Below, piece by piece: positions 12,444 through 25,000 of a DNA stretch of 64,000 nucleotides. Location: positions 20,814-84,813 of the forward strand of contig MU619311.1 of the NCBI GenBank assembly GCA_025201805.1, read 5' to 3'. This stretch comes from Parasitella parasitica NRRL 2501 (lineage: Eukaryota > Fungi > Mucoromycota). The stretch's first letter is position 1; the number at the start of each line of letters is the position of its first letter. The notes under the pieces were generated by a model that was not told the DNA's origin, searched no databases, and saw nothing but the letters and a program-made list of their open reading frames with translations. The position numbers and the translations under genes were made by a program.

Positions 12444-13536
12444 TTACTCTTCATCATCACTGTCTACTTTCTGCTTTTTTGATGATTCAGCGGCGTCTTC
12501 TTTTTCATTAGCGCCTCTCTTTAAACCCTTCATCTTTCTGGTTTGAATCTTATCAATTTCTTGTTTGCCAAGATGAATGCGGCCATATTTATCACCCATC
12601 TCATCCACTTCGATATTCTTTGCCTTCTTGGGCTTGACTTCCTTGGCGACTCTGCAAGCAGACTTCCAAATGTCTTGCTTGGGAACAGATGTACGCTTAA
12701 TTTTCAAGTCGTAACTGGGACCCATCTCTTCCAATTCGACGCGGGGTGTTTTGAGTCCACTCTTCTTCATTTGAATAGCATAAGTCCGGAAAAGGATACG
12801 ATCGTCAGGCGTAGCAGTCAAGCTAACAACATGCTCTAGACCGGCCAAGTTGACGGCATCTGTTTCTTCACCATTGAAGAAATCCAAAAAGTAGTTTTTG
12901 ATATACTTACACTTTTCATCAGATTCAAAACGATCACCGTTAAAGATCATCAAGGGCTTCAAGCCTAGCGAACACTTGGGGCCCTATCGAAAAAATATTG
13001 GCATTTGTATAATCACACCGCTTGTGTACATATTACTTACAGGAAGAGAGCCCATAGATTTGGGATTCTCAATGCTAAATTCATACATATCCAGCAATTG
13101 ATGATTGTACATGCGAATAAAAGTCAAATTGTGTGGCCTCTTCTTGGAATGAGTGCCAACAACTAAATGAGCTGAGTCGTTTTTCTGAGAGAAAAACTCG
13201 AGCTTTTCATCATCTTCAAAGGGTTTGATCTCATTCTTCTTACTAAAGTAGATGGCATTGGGACGCTTCAATGCGTACTAAAACAACAGTCAGTGGGCAA
13301 CTTATTGTCGTCATTACCATACACACTTACCAAATCTTTCAATGCATCATTCACAATTTGGCTTGTAGAGGAACCCCGCACAACCAAAGTGTTCTTGGGA
13401 TTTTCATGGACCTTGGCTTCACGATTCTTCAAAAAACGCTTCGTGCGAGCATTTTTAGCCTTACTGTAGTAGATGTCAGTAAATGAAAGTCGGTTAGGGG
13501 GTTTGTTTTAGCAGAATCTTACACTGTACGCAACAT
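12444..13536 (-). CDS. RPF2: Ribosome biogenesis Brix-domain protein Rpf2
   Basis: MLRT-VKPKNAR-like start (MLRT/KAKNAR), PKVHENPKNTL, KKNEIKPFED, HSKKRPHNL, PRVELEEMGP and QTRKMKGLKR; three introns. Confidence 0.96.
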
Positions 13537-15299
13537 GATAAAATAATTTAAAAAAAAAAAAAAAAAAAAGAGAGAACATTTTAGGAAGGATGGATTAACA
13601 GTCTTTTTGCTGGTGGCTTGATAAGTGAACCATGGTGAAAGTGAGTTGGATCATCGTCTTGCTTGCTGGATACTGCAAGTACATGATTGTTGCTTTTGGA
13701 TTTGTAATCATTTAAACGAATACCCAAATACGGATTATGCTTTAGAAGGATATATAGCGCAGCAAATATCTAGTAAGCTATCAGGTTTTGGAGATCAATG
13801 CTCCATATTTTGTTAGTCTTTGCCTTGAAAGATGAATATTTATTATAAAGTTCATCAAACGAATGCACCAAAATCAATGAAAATCAGTATTTTGAATGCT
13901 TATTTCTCAAGATGTAGCTTTTTAACAGTGTACAAAAAATACCAAACAATTACTATCATTCTGATTTATTTCCTGAATTTTTGCGGATCAGGAGGATTTC
14001 AACTCAATAAATGGGCTCAGGTACCCGAATTTCTTTGAGATGAAATTTCCCCCATAAGCAGGTACACGTTTGGGAAAATAAAAAAAAACCGCCTTAAAAG
14101 CCCAGTTGGTAGGCCATTAATGAATAATTCACTATATTTTAGGTTGGTAGTCATTTATCCTTGAGAAACGAATGCAAAAAAATAGTTTTCAAATGACATT
14201 TTGGTCATCTTTCTAACTTTTCATGTTCCATGTACACCTACGAACCGAATTTGCCTAAGCTTACACAACAACTGATCAATCACTATATTTGGTATAGTAT
14301 ATTAAAGCGAGCATGAGCAGAGATGCTAGTATAATATGATGACTTTATTTAAACATGGCAAAAGAGACAAGAATGGTGCCATTGGATGGCTAATCTTCAT
14401 CCTGGTGCAGAGTGGATCAGATAAAGTGATATCCCATTGCATTTTGTTTCTGAAAATGGGGTTAAATCCTGATGAATATTCTTCCACCAAATCTACTATA
14501 ATGAACATTCTATCATCCTTTGTGCTCATCTGGAATATTGCTTTACTAGTGATTCGTAAACTCTTATCCACCAATCTCTTGTGAACTGATTCAAGGCTTA
14601 TCCGACTATCCCCCATCCTAGAGCAAGGTCCTTTCGCTGCGGTGCCGTCAAATAACTATAAATGCCTTGGAACCTTACACTAGTTTCAATCCTAATTCAA
14701 TCCTGGAATAGCTAAATAAATATATTTAGTTCTAAGTGTGTTTTTTCTGTCTATATTTTGTTGTTCTAAACATCTATGAGAATCAAAAGTGAAAAGCTAA
14801 AAGAAGGCTACGATCAAGACCAAATAAAGCCTGTTTTCATTGTTGTCTATAAAGTTATCAACGGAAATTATATGAAAACTGTATTTACTAAACACTGATA
14901 TAGGCTAGGCCCACCGCTCTGAAATGGATATTCCACTTTGGAGAAAACGGGCTCTACGCTTTAACGATAGCTGAGGGCATGATTTGAGTGATCAAGAATG
15001 GGTGATAAATGGAAGGCTTATGTGAACAACAGCGAAAAAGTACCAAAGACAGCTGATGACAGCGCCAAGCAGAAATACAGCAGCATTATTATGGCCATCC
15101 TCAAGGATATTGCCAATGCCCATCCCAACATCAGCTCTTAAACCCGGCGAAGGCACTATGCCCATGCCAAAAACTCAATTACAAACAAATGCGAATTGCC
15201 GATAATCCCGAATAGCAATGTCCAGCGCAATAAATGACATCGCGTAATTTGAGCACTCAACGAGTAACTTGGAAATATTGAACAATTGAATAATTGGAT

Positions 15300-16000
15300 A
15301 CTTAAATAATGAAAAAGAGAAAAGAAGGTGTGATACCAAATACTAAGAGGGAGAGAAGTTTAAAGATGGGAGCACTCTAGCTGATGGGGAACTTAGGGTG
15401 GGTCAACAATAGTTTAAGAGTGATATGTACGGAATTGGCGAATAATGTCTATTACATGGTGGCATCCGGTGTATAAAGGAATGTTGTATGAGGTAACAAT
15501 TGCGAATATGACTCACAAAAAATGTTTTTCAGCAAGCTACAAAGAGAAACCAGATGGACATATTGCGTTGGCCAGCCGTTGAGAAAGAAGGAGTGGATTG
15601 GCGTAGTAGAAAAGCGAGTTGAGGAGGGATTTTTTGAAATATTCGCATAAGATGGTGGCCATTAAGCATGGAATAAGATAACGAATGGTGGTTTTCCAGA
15701 TGAAGCATATGTCTTCAGCAGTATGTTCTTTAGAATTGGTAGGGCATAGGGGACATAAAAGTGAAGGGACTTTATTAGACATGAGGTAGTGTACCGTAGT
15801 AGTAAAAAGTCGGGCACTTTTCAGGCCTTGTACGGGCGAATTAATAGATATTGAAGGAAAGTTAACAATATAAAGCATAGGTAAACGTAGCGCAGTGGTA
15901 GGGTCAATAGAAAAGTCGTTATCGGCGCGAGCATCTGGAGTTAGGCGATACAGCGCCAATAAAAGCACAATAGAATAGAAAGAGGGATAAAAACCGAGCA
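15300..16000 (-). mobile_element. Degraded non-LTR (LINE-like) retrotransposon 3' fragment
   Basis: HYLMSNKVPSLLCPLCPTNSKEH..ICFIW resembles the C-terminal CCHC/zf-RVT region of fungal LINE ORF2. A pyrimidine-rich 3'-UTR-like stretch follows. No RT core is visible and the boundaries are approximate. Confidence 0.4.
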
Positions 16001-16779
16001 AAGTGTTGCATTTAGTTGTTAAGATCATATGATATTTAGGGATCAAGTTGAATTTGCTATATGGGATCTAGTGTCTCCACCGTCCTTTTGCGAGTAAACG
16101 GAAGGATTTACGAAAAAACACTGCAGCATTTTATCTAGAAGATAGTAACTACATCTGAGGTCTGGCCGCATAAACCCATGCATTTGTCAAGAATACAATG
16201 TCATAGAACAAAGAAGGTATTATTTCAAGTGGATGCATTAATGGGATACAAGAATGCCCACATCAAAGCAACCACCGTAGTTAAAACAGAAACAACTGCA
16301 GATCCCAAGATTTACAGACGCCCGATCTCACTTAATTTGTATCTTTTTGAATATGTCTGATATTGGAACATTGAGTTTCCACACAGGCGACTACCTGGTA
16401 CCTTCTTGGTTGTATTCTATAACGAGCGATGAGTAATCAGAATTAAAATTGCTGAAACTATATGTATATATTTATGAGCATATTCCCGCCAACATGTTCT
16501 AAACTAGGGTGCTGCAATTGGGCTTGTGATAGACTTCACAGCACTTTTCAATAAAAAATTTACTAGACGCAATCGCTTCCAGAACAGAGGCTGGTAACAC
16601 TCGTAATAACACTAACAGCTCATTATCCACCAAATAAATATATTTTTCTTGCAAAGTATTGGACGGCATTTTACAATGTCAAGAGGGGAAGGGGGGGGGG
16701 TGTGAGTGTGTCAAATAAAGAATTTTTCAGAGCCAGGCCATTTACTCTTTCTCTGCTCATCATACGTACAACGAGAAAG

Positions 16780-18753
16780 ATGCTAAGGAGAATTACACCA
16801 TTATGGCCTGCTGTTACCAGATCCATGCATCGAATGAGACATACTAATCCAGCCACTTTTAGTTATCGGCCATGTTTATCAGCAAACAGACACTCCTACA
16901 CAACTGAGGCCACAGTATCAACACCGAACGTATTGCACTGGGAACGATACCGTGAACTAGTAGAGAGCAACAATGAGGAATTACCCGCAAAGGAGCTTGA
17001 AGCACTAGCTAAATCCATCCTGGTCCAAAGAAAAATCAGACCAAGCGAAGCCGTTAGTCGGATCCAAGATATTTTGAAATACATGAGCACTCGCTTGGCC
17101 AATCCTGACACCAAAGAAAGCTTCAACACATGCTGCAATTATTTGATTCGAGCCTACGTACAACTAGGAGATCTGAAAACTGCAAGAGTCGTATTTGATA
17201 GAATGGCTGCTCATGGTGATGCAAACGACATGTCAATATCAGAAGTCCTGTCCGGATTAAGATCACATGGTACGCGTGCTGAAGTTTACGAATTCCAGAG
17301 AACATTAGAGAAAAAGGGCCTATGGGCAGACAGTGGCATGTTGTACGTAAGCATCATTTATGCATTAAGCGACTTTGGAGATATATTAGGCTGTCGTCAT
17401 TTTTTCGCAGAGATGAAAAGCAAGGGACTAGCTAAAGACAATGAGGCTTACAGAGCCATCATGTCTGCGTATAAAAATGCAAATCAGCCCCAGCAGGTAT
17501 TAAAGTACTTTAACGAGATGGAAAAGAAAGGCATCGAGCCCAACTTGAAAGAATACGGCGTCTTGTTTACTGCGCTTAGCAAAGACAAGTACTACAGCGC
17601 GCACATGGTGGAGACTTATGAGACAATGAAGTCAAAAGGATTGGAGGTGCATGCTCCTTTCTACCTCGCCATGGGCTGGGATCCCTTGAAAGCGTTGCAG
17701 GAAATGAAGGATTCAAACTTTAAAATCAGTGTTCGAGATTGCAATGCAGGCTTGGCGTTTTACGTGAAAAACAACCAATTCGCTGAGGCGCTGAACGTTA
17801 TGAAATGGATGAACAAGCACCAGCTCAGGATGGACAGATTCAGCTACAGTATCGTGATTGACGCATTAGCCAAAGACCAAAACTCGCCACCCGAGATTGT
17901 GTTTGATTTATACGAAGATATGAAGCGACATGATGTCACCCCCGATATAGTCAGCTTTTCCTCTCTAATCAACAACTGCTGCAAAGATCAGAATCTGGAT
18001 AAGGCACTGTCAATGTTGGGTGAAATGCAGACCTACGAGATTAAGCCAAACATCTACACATTCAATTGCATACTCAACGTCCTGTCAAGTTTGACCAAGA
18101 CGTCTTGGGTCGATGTCGAGCGTGCGAGAGTTATATGGACAAAAATGATAGATCTTGGCATCCAGCCTGACACCCGCACATGCAATATCTATCTAGCACT
18201 CGTAGGCAGACTGATCAAATCCTCACGCACTCAGCATTTCAAGCCAGAAGAACGCCACTCGCAGACATCGCTGTGGGGGGAGTTGGAAGACACCAATCGT
18301 CATGTACCTGAAACTGTGAAAGAGATGCAGAAAATGTATCGGCATATGCGACAACACAAGCTGGATGTCATGCAACCAGACTTTATCACGTATTCTATTG
18401 TCATCAACGCCTTGTCTGTAGCTGGTGAGATTCGATCTGCAATGCAAGTATACGATGATGCCAAGATGAGCCGTGTTATTTTGCCCTTGTCAGCATACAA
18501 CCAGATGATGGGCGCATTGCAGCGTTGTGGCAGAGTATCGGAATCAATGGGGATTTGGCATGACATGAAGCTGCGGAGTATTTTGCCAGACAACACAACC
18601 TACAGCCTTGTGCTGGAAAATTGCGAGCAGCTTGGTTTGGTAGACTCAATTGAGAACATCCGTAGACAGCGAAAATTAGATTTTGATAGACTTGAGAGAT
18701 TAGAAACAAAGAGGGAGATGCGTAGATTAGGAAAGTCTCTTAAAGCGCAATAA
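16780..18753 (+). CDS. Pentatricopeptide repeat (PPR) protein, probably mitochondrial
   Basis: Single exon with many ~35-aa repeats (e.g. PDIVSFSSLINNCCK..AL.ML.EM, PDFITYSIVINAL, PDNTTYSLVL). Arg-rich, acid-free N-terminus MLRRITPLWPAVTRSMHRMR. Confidence 0.93.
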   Translation: MLRRITPLWPAVTRSMHRMRHTNPATFSYRPCLSANRHSYTTEATVSTPNVLHWERYRELVESNNEELPAKELEALAKSILVQRKIRPSEAVSRIQDILKYMSTRLANPDTKESFNTCCNYLIRAYVQLGDLKTARVVFDRMAAHGDANDMSISEVLSGLRSHGTRAEVYEFQRTLEKKGLWADSGMLYVSIIYALSDFGDILGCRHFFAEMKSKGLAKDNEAYRAIMSAYKNANQPQQVLKYFNEMEKKGIEPNLKEYGVLFTALSKDKYYSAHMVETYETMKSKGLEVHAPFYLAMGWDPLKALQEMKDSNFKISVRDCNAGLAFYVKNNQFAEALNVMKWMNKHQLRMDRFSYSIVIDALAKDQNSPPEIVFDLYEDMKRHDVTPDIVSFSSLINNCCKDQNLDKALSMLGEMQTYEIKPNIYTFNCILNVLSSLTKTSWVDVERARVIWTKMIDLGIQPDTRTCNIYLALVGRLIKSSRTQHFKPEERHSQTSLWGELEDTNRHVPETVKEMQKMYRHMRQHKLDVMQPDFITYSIVINALSVAGEIRSAMQVYDDAKMSRVILPLSAYNQMMGALQRCGRVSESMGIWHDMKLRSILPDNTTYSLVLENCEQLGLVDSIENIRRQRKLDFDRLERLETKREMRRLGKSLKAQ

Positions 18754-19751
18754 AAATGTAATATATAATATCAAACAGAGTTGCCTGCCAAACTCCTTGG
18801 TCGAATGCATGCCAGGAGATCCTCTCTGTTGTGGCACAGCAGTAGCACCGTATACACAATCAAACCTAGTGACCACTATTTGATAGACACAAAAATGCAG
18901 CACTCTCTTTTGTATTGTGCAAACATCTCTCTCTTCTTTCAGTTTAAATACAACAACATGCCAGGAGGTTTAGAAAGACAAAATGCTTTCAGTGAATACT
19001 GCCAATCAAAGCCATTCATTCAGGTAAACAACTCTTTACATTGTGAACCGCTTTCTTTTTTTTTTCAATTTCGTTCCTTATATTAAACTGGTTCCACTTA
19101 GTTACGGTGTCTTATTTGTGAAGAATATGAACATGACGGAGACTGGATCAAAATAAAATGTCATTGCAGTGCTCCCCCATATAGCGATAAATATGCCTAC
19201 ACACATAAACATTGCCTGCAAATGTCTAATAAATGCAAAGCATGCGGCCAGTCCTACAGTAGACAACATCTCACAACTGCTACCCGTATACCAAATACCC
19301 AGGAATTTCAGCTCTCCGTTCTGTTATTAGGTATATATATATATATGTATATATATTATCATTGAGAAAAACATGCCCTTGAATAGCCAAATTATAACCT
19401 TTGCATCTAGAAAACGTGCGGAAATATAGAGTGTATATCTCGTTGTCAATCTGCTTCATTGTCGGCTTTTTGATATTCAAAGATGCACTTGGCTGCATTA
19501 CAGTTGATTTGGTTGATGGACAGGATCTGGAGGGGCTAACAGACGCAGACTACTTGTATTTACCGGTAAGTGATTTTAAATTAAATGAAAATTACTCTTC
19601 TTATATTTTGTATGCATTATACAAAAAAAAAAAAAAAAAAAATCCCACCCCCACCCTTAACAACACACAGAGATTTCACAAAACATGCTTTCAGTCAATG
19701 TCAGCCAAAATACAGACAGAACTCGTTATATGTTTTGTAATCATGTTGTGT

Positions 19752-22664
19752 TTATTTTTTGACCGTTTTCTTTCTTAATGTGCTAGAAGATTTCTTTTTG
19801 CTGGGTGAACGTGATTTCTTTAATTTCGTACAGCCTTCACCAGTCATTAGATGCAGCTTCCATCCCTCATCATTTTCTGGTTCGATCGCTATCAAACACA
19901 AAGGACACTGTATTTTACTCACTACGAAAAAGACGTTAATATAATCAAGTCAATAAAGCTATATACGCATTTTACCACTGCATGTTTGCTTTAATGTATG
20001 CTGGAGCCATTGCTCAACTGGAATCGCCTGGAGACATCGATTACATTGCTTGATTAGATGCTTCTTTTCGCAATCTTCCAACATGTGCTCATTCAATGAA
20101 GATATCTCAGTAATCTATTTCAGTATATTAGTAAAATTCAGTAATATATATATATATATGTATAAAGAGTACTCACAATTTGGCACATGGGACAATTGGT
20201 AAGAACTGGACAGGTATTGTAATAGTGCTTGATGAGCGAGTCTTCATTGAATTCAGGGTTGACTTCGTCGCAAAAGACGCAGACACTGTCTTCGTTCATC
20301 AAGTCGTCAGCTTGTGCTGCTGGTGCAGGCTTCGGTTTGGGTTTTTCTTTGGTTGTCGTTGTTGCTGCTGGCGTTGATCTGGTGGTAGTCTTCCTGACAG
20401 AGCGAGTGCTGTTGGTGGCAGTTGTAGACGTTGATTTCTTCTCTCTTGTTGTAGTTGACACGGCAGACTTTTTCACCCGTGTAATAGTTTTCTTTTCGGG
20501 ACGAACTACAGTCAGAGCTCGCAATTCGGTCAGCGTGTCCTTTGTCACAGAGCCCTTCTTGAAAAATGAACCGTTGTCAAACAATTTCTTGACTGAGTCT
20601 GCTAATGTGAGCTTCAACGGCTCGTCTATATACGGACTGACATGGTGAAATCCGAATCGATCCGCTACGGCAACCAACAACTTGACGGCTGCCTGCTTAA
20701 CGTCTTCATGTACGTGCTTGAGATACGCTACTACAAAGGACATGACGTCTTGCAATTGCACTGCTTCACCGAATCTAGAGACAGTTGTCTCTACCAGCTG
20801 CACACGTGCCTTGGCCTCCCTGTGGTTGTGGATGATTCTTTCAGGTTTACAGACATAACATGACATGAGTGGATATTCCTGTACCAGCACCAAAACAAGC
20901 TCTGTAGCCGTTTGTCTGATATTAACATTGCTATCGGAGGTTCGTTTGAGCAAGCCGCCAAAGGCGCGTTCCATGTAGTACATGTCAGCCAACTTGGCGA
21001 TCTTCTGGTGGGTTTGGTGCCAAACATCCATGGCGAGGCACACGATCGTCTCTCGTGAGTCCATAACGGCTTCCTGCATCATGAGCAGGGTCGCGTGGAC
21101 TACATTCTGATTGGCTTGGTGATCTGCGTCCTGCTCGGCCTGCTGGGCGATATACTGTTCAATTTGTGTCAAGCCTCGTTTTCGGCATATAGCCTTGATG
21201 CTAAGCACGCATGCCACGGTGTCTTCCCCAAAGATTTCGATGGGAAGGGTATACGGTATGCGTTCTTCCTCCATGATAGGCTCGGGTATACTTTCAGGAT
21301 CAAGTGGGGGTATATATTGCTTGTTGCTCGATGATATCTCAGGCTCTTCGATCAATGTATCGTCTGTTGCGTTTGGATGTGATTTCTGGTCGAAATCGAA
21401 AGCGGCGTCGTGTTGTATTTCTAACGATGCAACAGGTTCGTCTTGCTCCATAGCTACGTCCTCGTCATCGAGTGTTATAACTCGGCCGTCTTTGATGCAA
21501 ATATGCGCCTTCTTCAGTATGGCTTCTGCTGCCTGTTTGATTTCTGCTATGTCGTCTTTGATTTTTTCGGCTTCATCGTAGTCTTTTGTGTCAACGGCAT
21601 GTCGTTTGCCGATTTCCAGATCGGACAGTATCTTGGTGAAACGCTCTAATTTATCGCCAAGGTGTTTGTACGTTTTTGCAATCTTGTATGATTCATCTAG
21701 GCTGAGCATTAGTCTTTTGGCATTCCTCATTAAAATAGGATGTAATTACCCCTGACAGCTTCTTCTTCGGCATTGAGCAGCGCTATAGTCCATTGCTGTA
21801 ATTCAGCTTCGGCTACGCTGGTTGTGGGTGACCTATTGGCTTGGCTTTGAGTGCTAGAAATACTCGTTCGCCTTGTGGATGAGCTGAGGACGCTATTGTC
21901 ATCGAACGATCTCTGCTGAAGTAGTTTTGAAGGAGGAATCATGTCATTTTTATCGATTAAATGTACTGGGTGGCCTAGTATGTTTAAAGCAAGAATTCCA
22001 ACCTAGTCTAATGTCAGTGTGCGTTTGTATTTCTTAAAGTGATAGGTTACTCACTTGATTGTACTCATTCAGTCTATTGCGATGGCAGTTTCTTATCACT
22101 AGTCGTACAAATTCACCATCAACGTTTATCTTGATGGACTTTAGCTCCCGAGCGCTGTATTGTGCGCGTGCGTTATTATCAAAACAAACATAGCTAAATA
22201 TGGAGCCTGATTTAATACAGCAGAGCAATAATTCATACATGTACGCTTACCCTAATTTTGAAAACTCGACCAACATGTTGTCTTCGTCTTCGCACGGTGG
22301 CGTATCTGGCACAATGTCTTCTAGCACATCTTTAGGATCTTTTAGGACACCAATATACACATCTATTCTCGTCGCAATTTTAAAGTGATGTGATAAAATC
22401 TGAACATTGGAGATGCGACTGGTGCCAGATAATAGGTGGATGATCAAATCTTGAGGGTATTCAGGGCATCTAGGAACAATGTAAGTAACGCTGCTAAATA
22501 CTAGCTCAACGGCTTTACTTTGGTGTTTGCCATCCTTTGCATTTTGTCTGTTGGTGAGGCTCTACTTGGTTTCCAGGACTACTGTTTACCAGCTGTTCTG
22601 GACTGTATTCGTCGTCCCAAGAGGAGCAATGAACAACCTCGTAAGGCAGAGCGTTACTTTTCAT
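19752..22664 (-). CDS. CEP104: CEP104 (centrosomal/ciliary-tip protein of 104 kDa) homolog
   Basis: Spliced architecture: N-terminal jelly-roll (YEVVHCSSWD, GWQTPKCPEYPQDLII, QILSHHFKIATRID, LGYVCFDNN..ARELKSI, NRLNEYNQVGILALNILG); coiled coil (AVDTKDYDEAEKIK); TOG/HEAT domain; C-terminal zinc fingers (CVFC..HYYNTCPVL..CPMC..H..C, CNRC, CPLC..WKLHL..C). Confidence 0.88.
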
Positions 22665-23139
22665 TTTTCAAATATTGCAGAAGAAAGAGAAAGAGAGAGA
22701 GAGAGAGAGGAAAAAATAATTTTTGAATCTGGGTCACCTTCAAGCTAAAAAAAAAAAAAAAAGTGGATCACTCGTGGCTCTGCATAAAATAGTATCATTT
22801 ACCATAGCCCACTTGTCTGCTAAAATAAAATACACATCCCCTGAAGCACACACGGATCCCCTTGAAAAAAGGTTCCACACAAACTATATATTTATACAAC
22901 CAGCACGTTTCCTGAAATAAATGTCAAAAAGCTGCTGCTATTCAAAATTTAAAGGAGAAAGAGCTAAGGATAGCAAACGAAGCAGCCCTTCTTTTTCATT
23001 TGCTTGGTGTTATTTTTTCTAGTGTTGTGTTACACTTGTATTAAAAAGTAATTGATTGCGTCTAGTTCTTTGTTCTCTTCTTTCTCTCTCTCTTTTTTTT
23101 TTCCTCTCTCTTACCTGATTTGTAAAACATTTCATTGTC

Positions 23140-24189
23140 ATGAATAACAACAATAGCAACAGCAATGTTTCATCCAACATGAAAAGATCAAAAAAGCCTA
23201 TGCCGCTCTTTGGCCTATTTCGCAAAAATAAGCCTGATCCAGCTGCAATCGAGCAATCTCAATTGGGATCTGGCGTGTCGACGGTGCCATTCAATTCCAT
23301 GTTGTCTCCAACATATCATCACTATCACCAACAACAGCACGACCCTTATTCTCCGCCTAGAATTCCAAAGCCATCAGTGTCTGACTCTCGCCGACCCACA
23401 AGACAACACCCACAGCAGCATCTGCAGCAGCATCTGCAGCAGCAACAACAACAACAACAGCAACAGCAACAGCAAAGACACCGCATGAGGCAAAGATCAA
23501 AGTCTGTTGGCAGAGATCCCTCTACTGCTATGCTTGAAGAAAGAGAATTGGCTCTCAACAAATTGTGCAGACGAGAACCTCCCTCATCGCTGGTCGATTC
23601 GCTTCCTCTTTTATCACCTACCTATAATGCTGCACCACCCGTACCTCCTATTCCATTAAAACACCAACCCAACAGCCCCAGTATGCGTAAATTCAGTTCG
23701 GCTCATGATTTGCGAAAAGCAGCCAAACTTCAACAAGAATCAATGCACCAGCAAGTTCCATTACCCAAGAAGCAGCACGAACTATCCCGCTCAAGATCCT
23801 TGTCAACTTCTCCCCGTAAATTGCAAGCTAGTAAATCATATCAAAACCTGACGAAATCACCTACTACACCCACTATTCGCAGATTTAAGAAACCACAAAA
23901 GCCAAACGACGATTCGGATGATGACATTCCCCTGGGGTATTTACAATCACCTACAAGTAAACCATCAAGCTTGCTAAGCGATCAAGAAGAAGACGACGAC
24001 AAGGATCTAGTGCCCATTGCCGCTTTGGATGTGAGGCCGACCGAAGAATTCCAAACTGCAGCAGATAAATATAAATTAAAAGTAAAAGAAAGACTGCAAT
24101 TCAGCAGCGATGCAGAAGACGACGACGATGACGATATTCCAATTTCCTTGGCTCTAATGTCTCCAAAAGGGAAAAATAAGATGAAATAA
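23140..24189 (+). CDS. Hypothetical low-complexity (Q/P/S-rich, disordered) protein with repeated acidic DDD-I/V-P-L/I motifs
   Basis: 349-aa single ORF with ATG start and coding-like composition, divergent from CEP104. No recognisable domain. Confidence 0.8.
   Translation: MNNNNSNSNVSSNMKRSKKPMPLFGLFRKNKPDPAAIEQSQLGSGVSTVPFNSMLSPTYHHYHQQQHDPYSPPRIPKPSVSDSRRPTRQHPQQHLQQHLQQQQQQQQQQQQQRHRMRQRSKSVGRDPSTAMLEERELALNKLCRREPPSSLVDSLPLLSPTYNAAPPVPPIPLKHQPNSPSMRKFSSAHDLRKAAKLQQESMHQQVPLPKKQHELSRSRSLSTSPRKLQASKSYQNLTKSPTTPTIRRFKKPQKPNDDSDDDIPLGYLQSPTSKPSSLLSDQEEDDDKDLVPIAALDVRPTEEFQTAADKYKLKVKERLQFSSDAEDDDDDDIPISLALMSPKGKNKMK
23413..23475 (+). repeat. CAG/CAA polyglutamine microsatellite inside CDS
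   Basis: cagcagcatctgcagcagcatctgcagcagcaacaacaacaacaacagcaacagcaacagcaa. Confidence 0.9.
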
Positions 24190-24689
24190 AGAGATTTGTT
24201 TTATCTTTTATTTTTGTGAATAAGGAATTTACCAATTGGCCAGGGTTCTGCTAAATGCTAGCTTCTTTGTAGCCAGGGATATCTTTGTCATTTTTCTTGA
24301 CACGGAACTCCTTTCGTGAGTATCGGATATCCCTGCATCGTTTGAAATTAGATATTTGAGGGTCACTAGTGATTTTACAGATATGCAAACTTTTTTAACC
24401 TCTGCCCAACCATGTATTTGGGAATATAAGTTTCTTCGTATCTTGTAAGACCTCGAAAAGAATTTCTTTGGTTCCAGTGAGCCCGTTTGATCTAGTGTTC
24501 AATGAGCAGTGTACTGCTTCTTGTGAAATTAGACCGATCTGCAGTTGCAAATCTGACGTTATCGCTTTGATGTCTTTGATGGCTTCATTATATCAGCCTT
24601 ACCGCATCCATCTATGTGTAATACCCTTGGTACTAGGTTTACAGCAAGGATTAGATGGGGTGTTTCCTCATTTGGACCGTTCAACGTTC

Positions 24690-25000
24690 TTAATCTACGT
24701 ACAAATTTGAGTCGTTGTCGTCTGTATTTTTTTAGCTAGATGCTCTGTTTTATCTTTAATGACTCTATCTTTCCAACAAATACAAACAATTGTTTCGCTA
24801 AACGCGTGAGCAGTTAAATACCACACTCTTCTGTGTATGTTTTTCATGGATATAATGAAACCGGATGATACCCAGAAGTCTGAATTTCCGGGAAGGTGCT
24901 TTCTTTTGTACTGCGTACTCTAGTTATATGTATTTTGTGATCTTTGCGTTTGTACCCACTCTTCTGTCAGTGGCATTGGACGACCCGTATTAGAAATTTG
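24690..25000 (-). mobile_element. Possible highly degraded Tc1/mariner transposase remnant
   Basis: Minus-strand peptides SNTGRPMPLTE (GRP linker-like) and KYRRQRLKFV (Tc1 RL.FA-like) occur about 270 nt apart in the expected order. No DDE core or TIRs seen. Confidence 0.33.
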
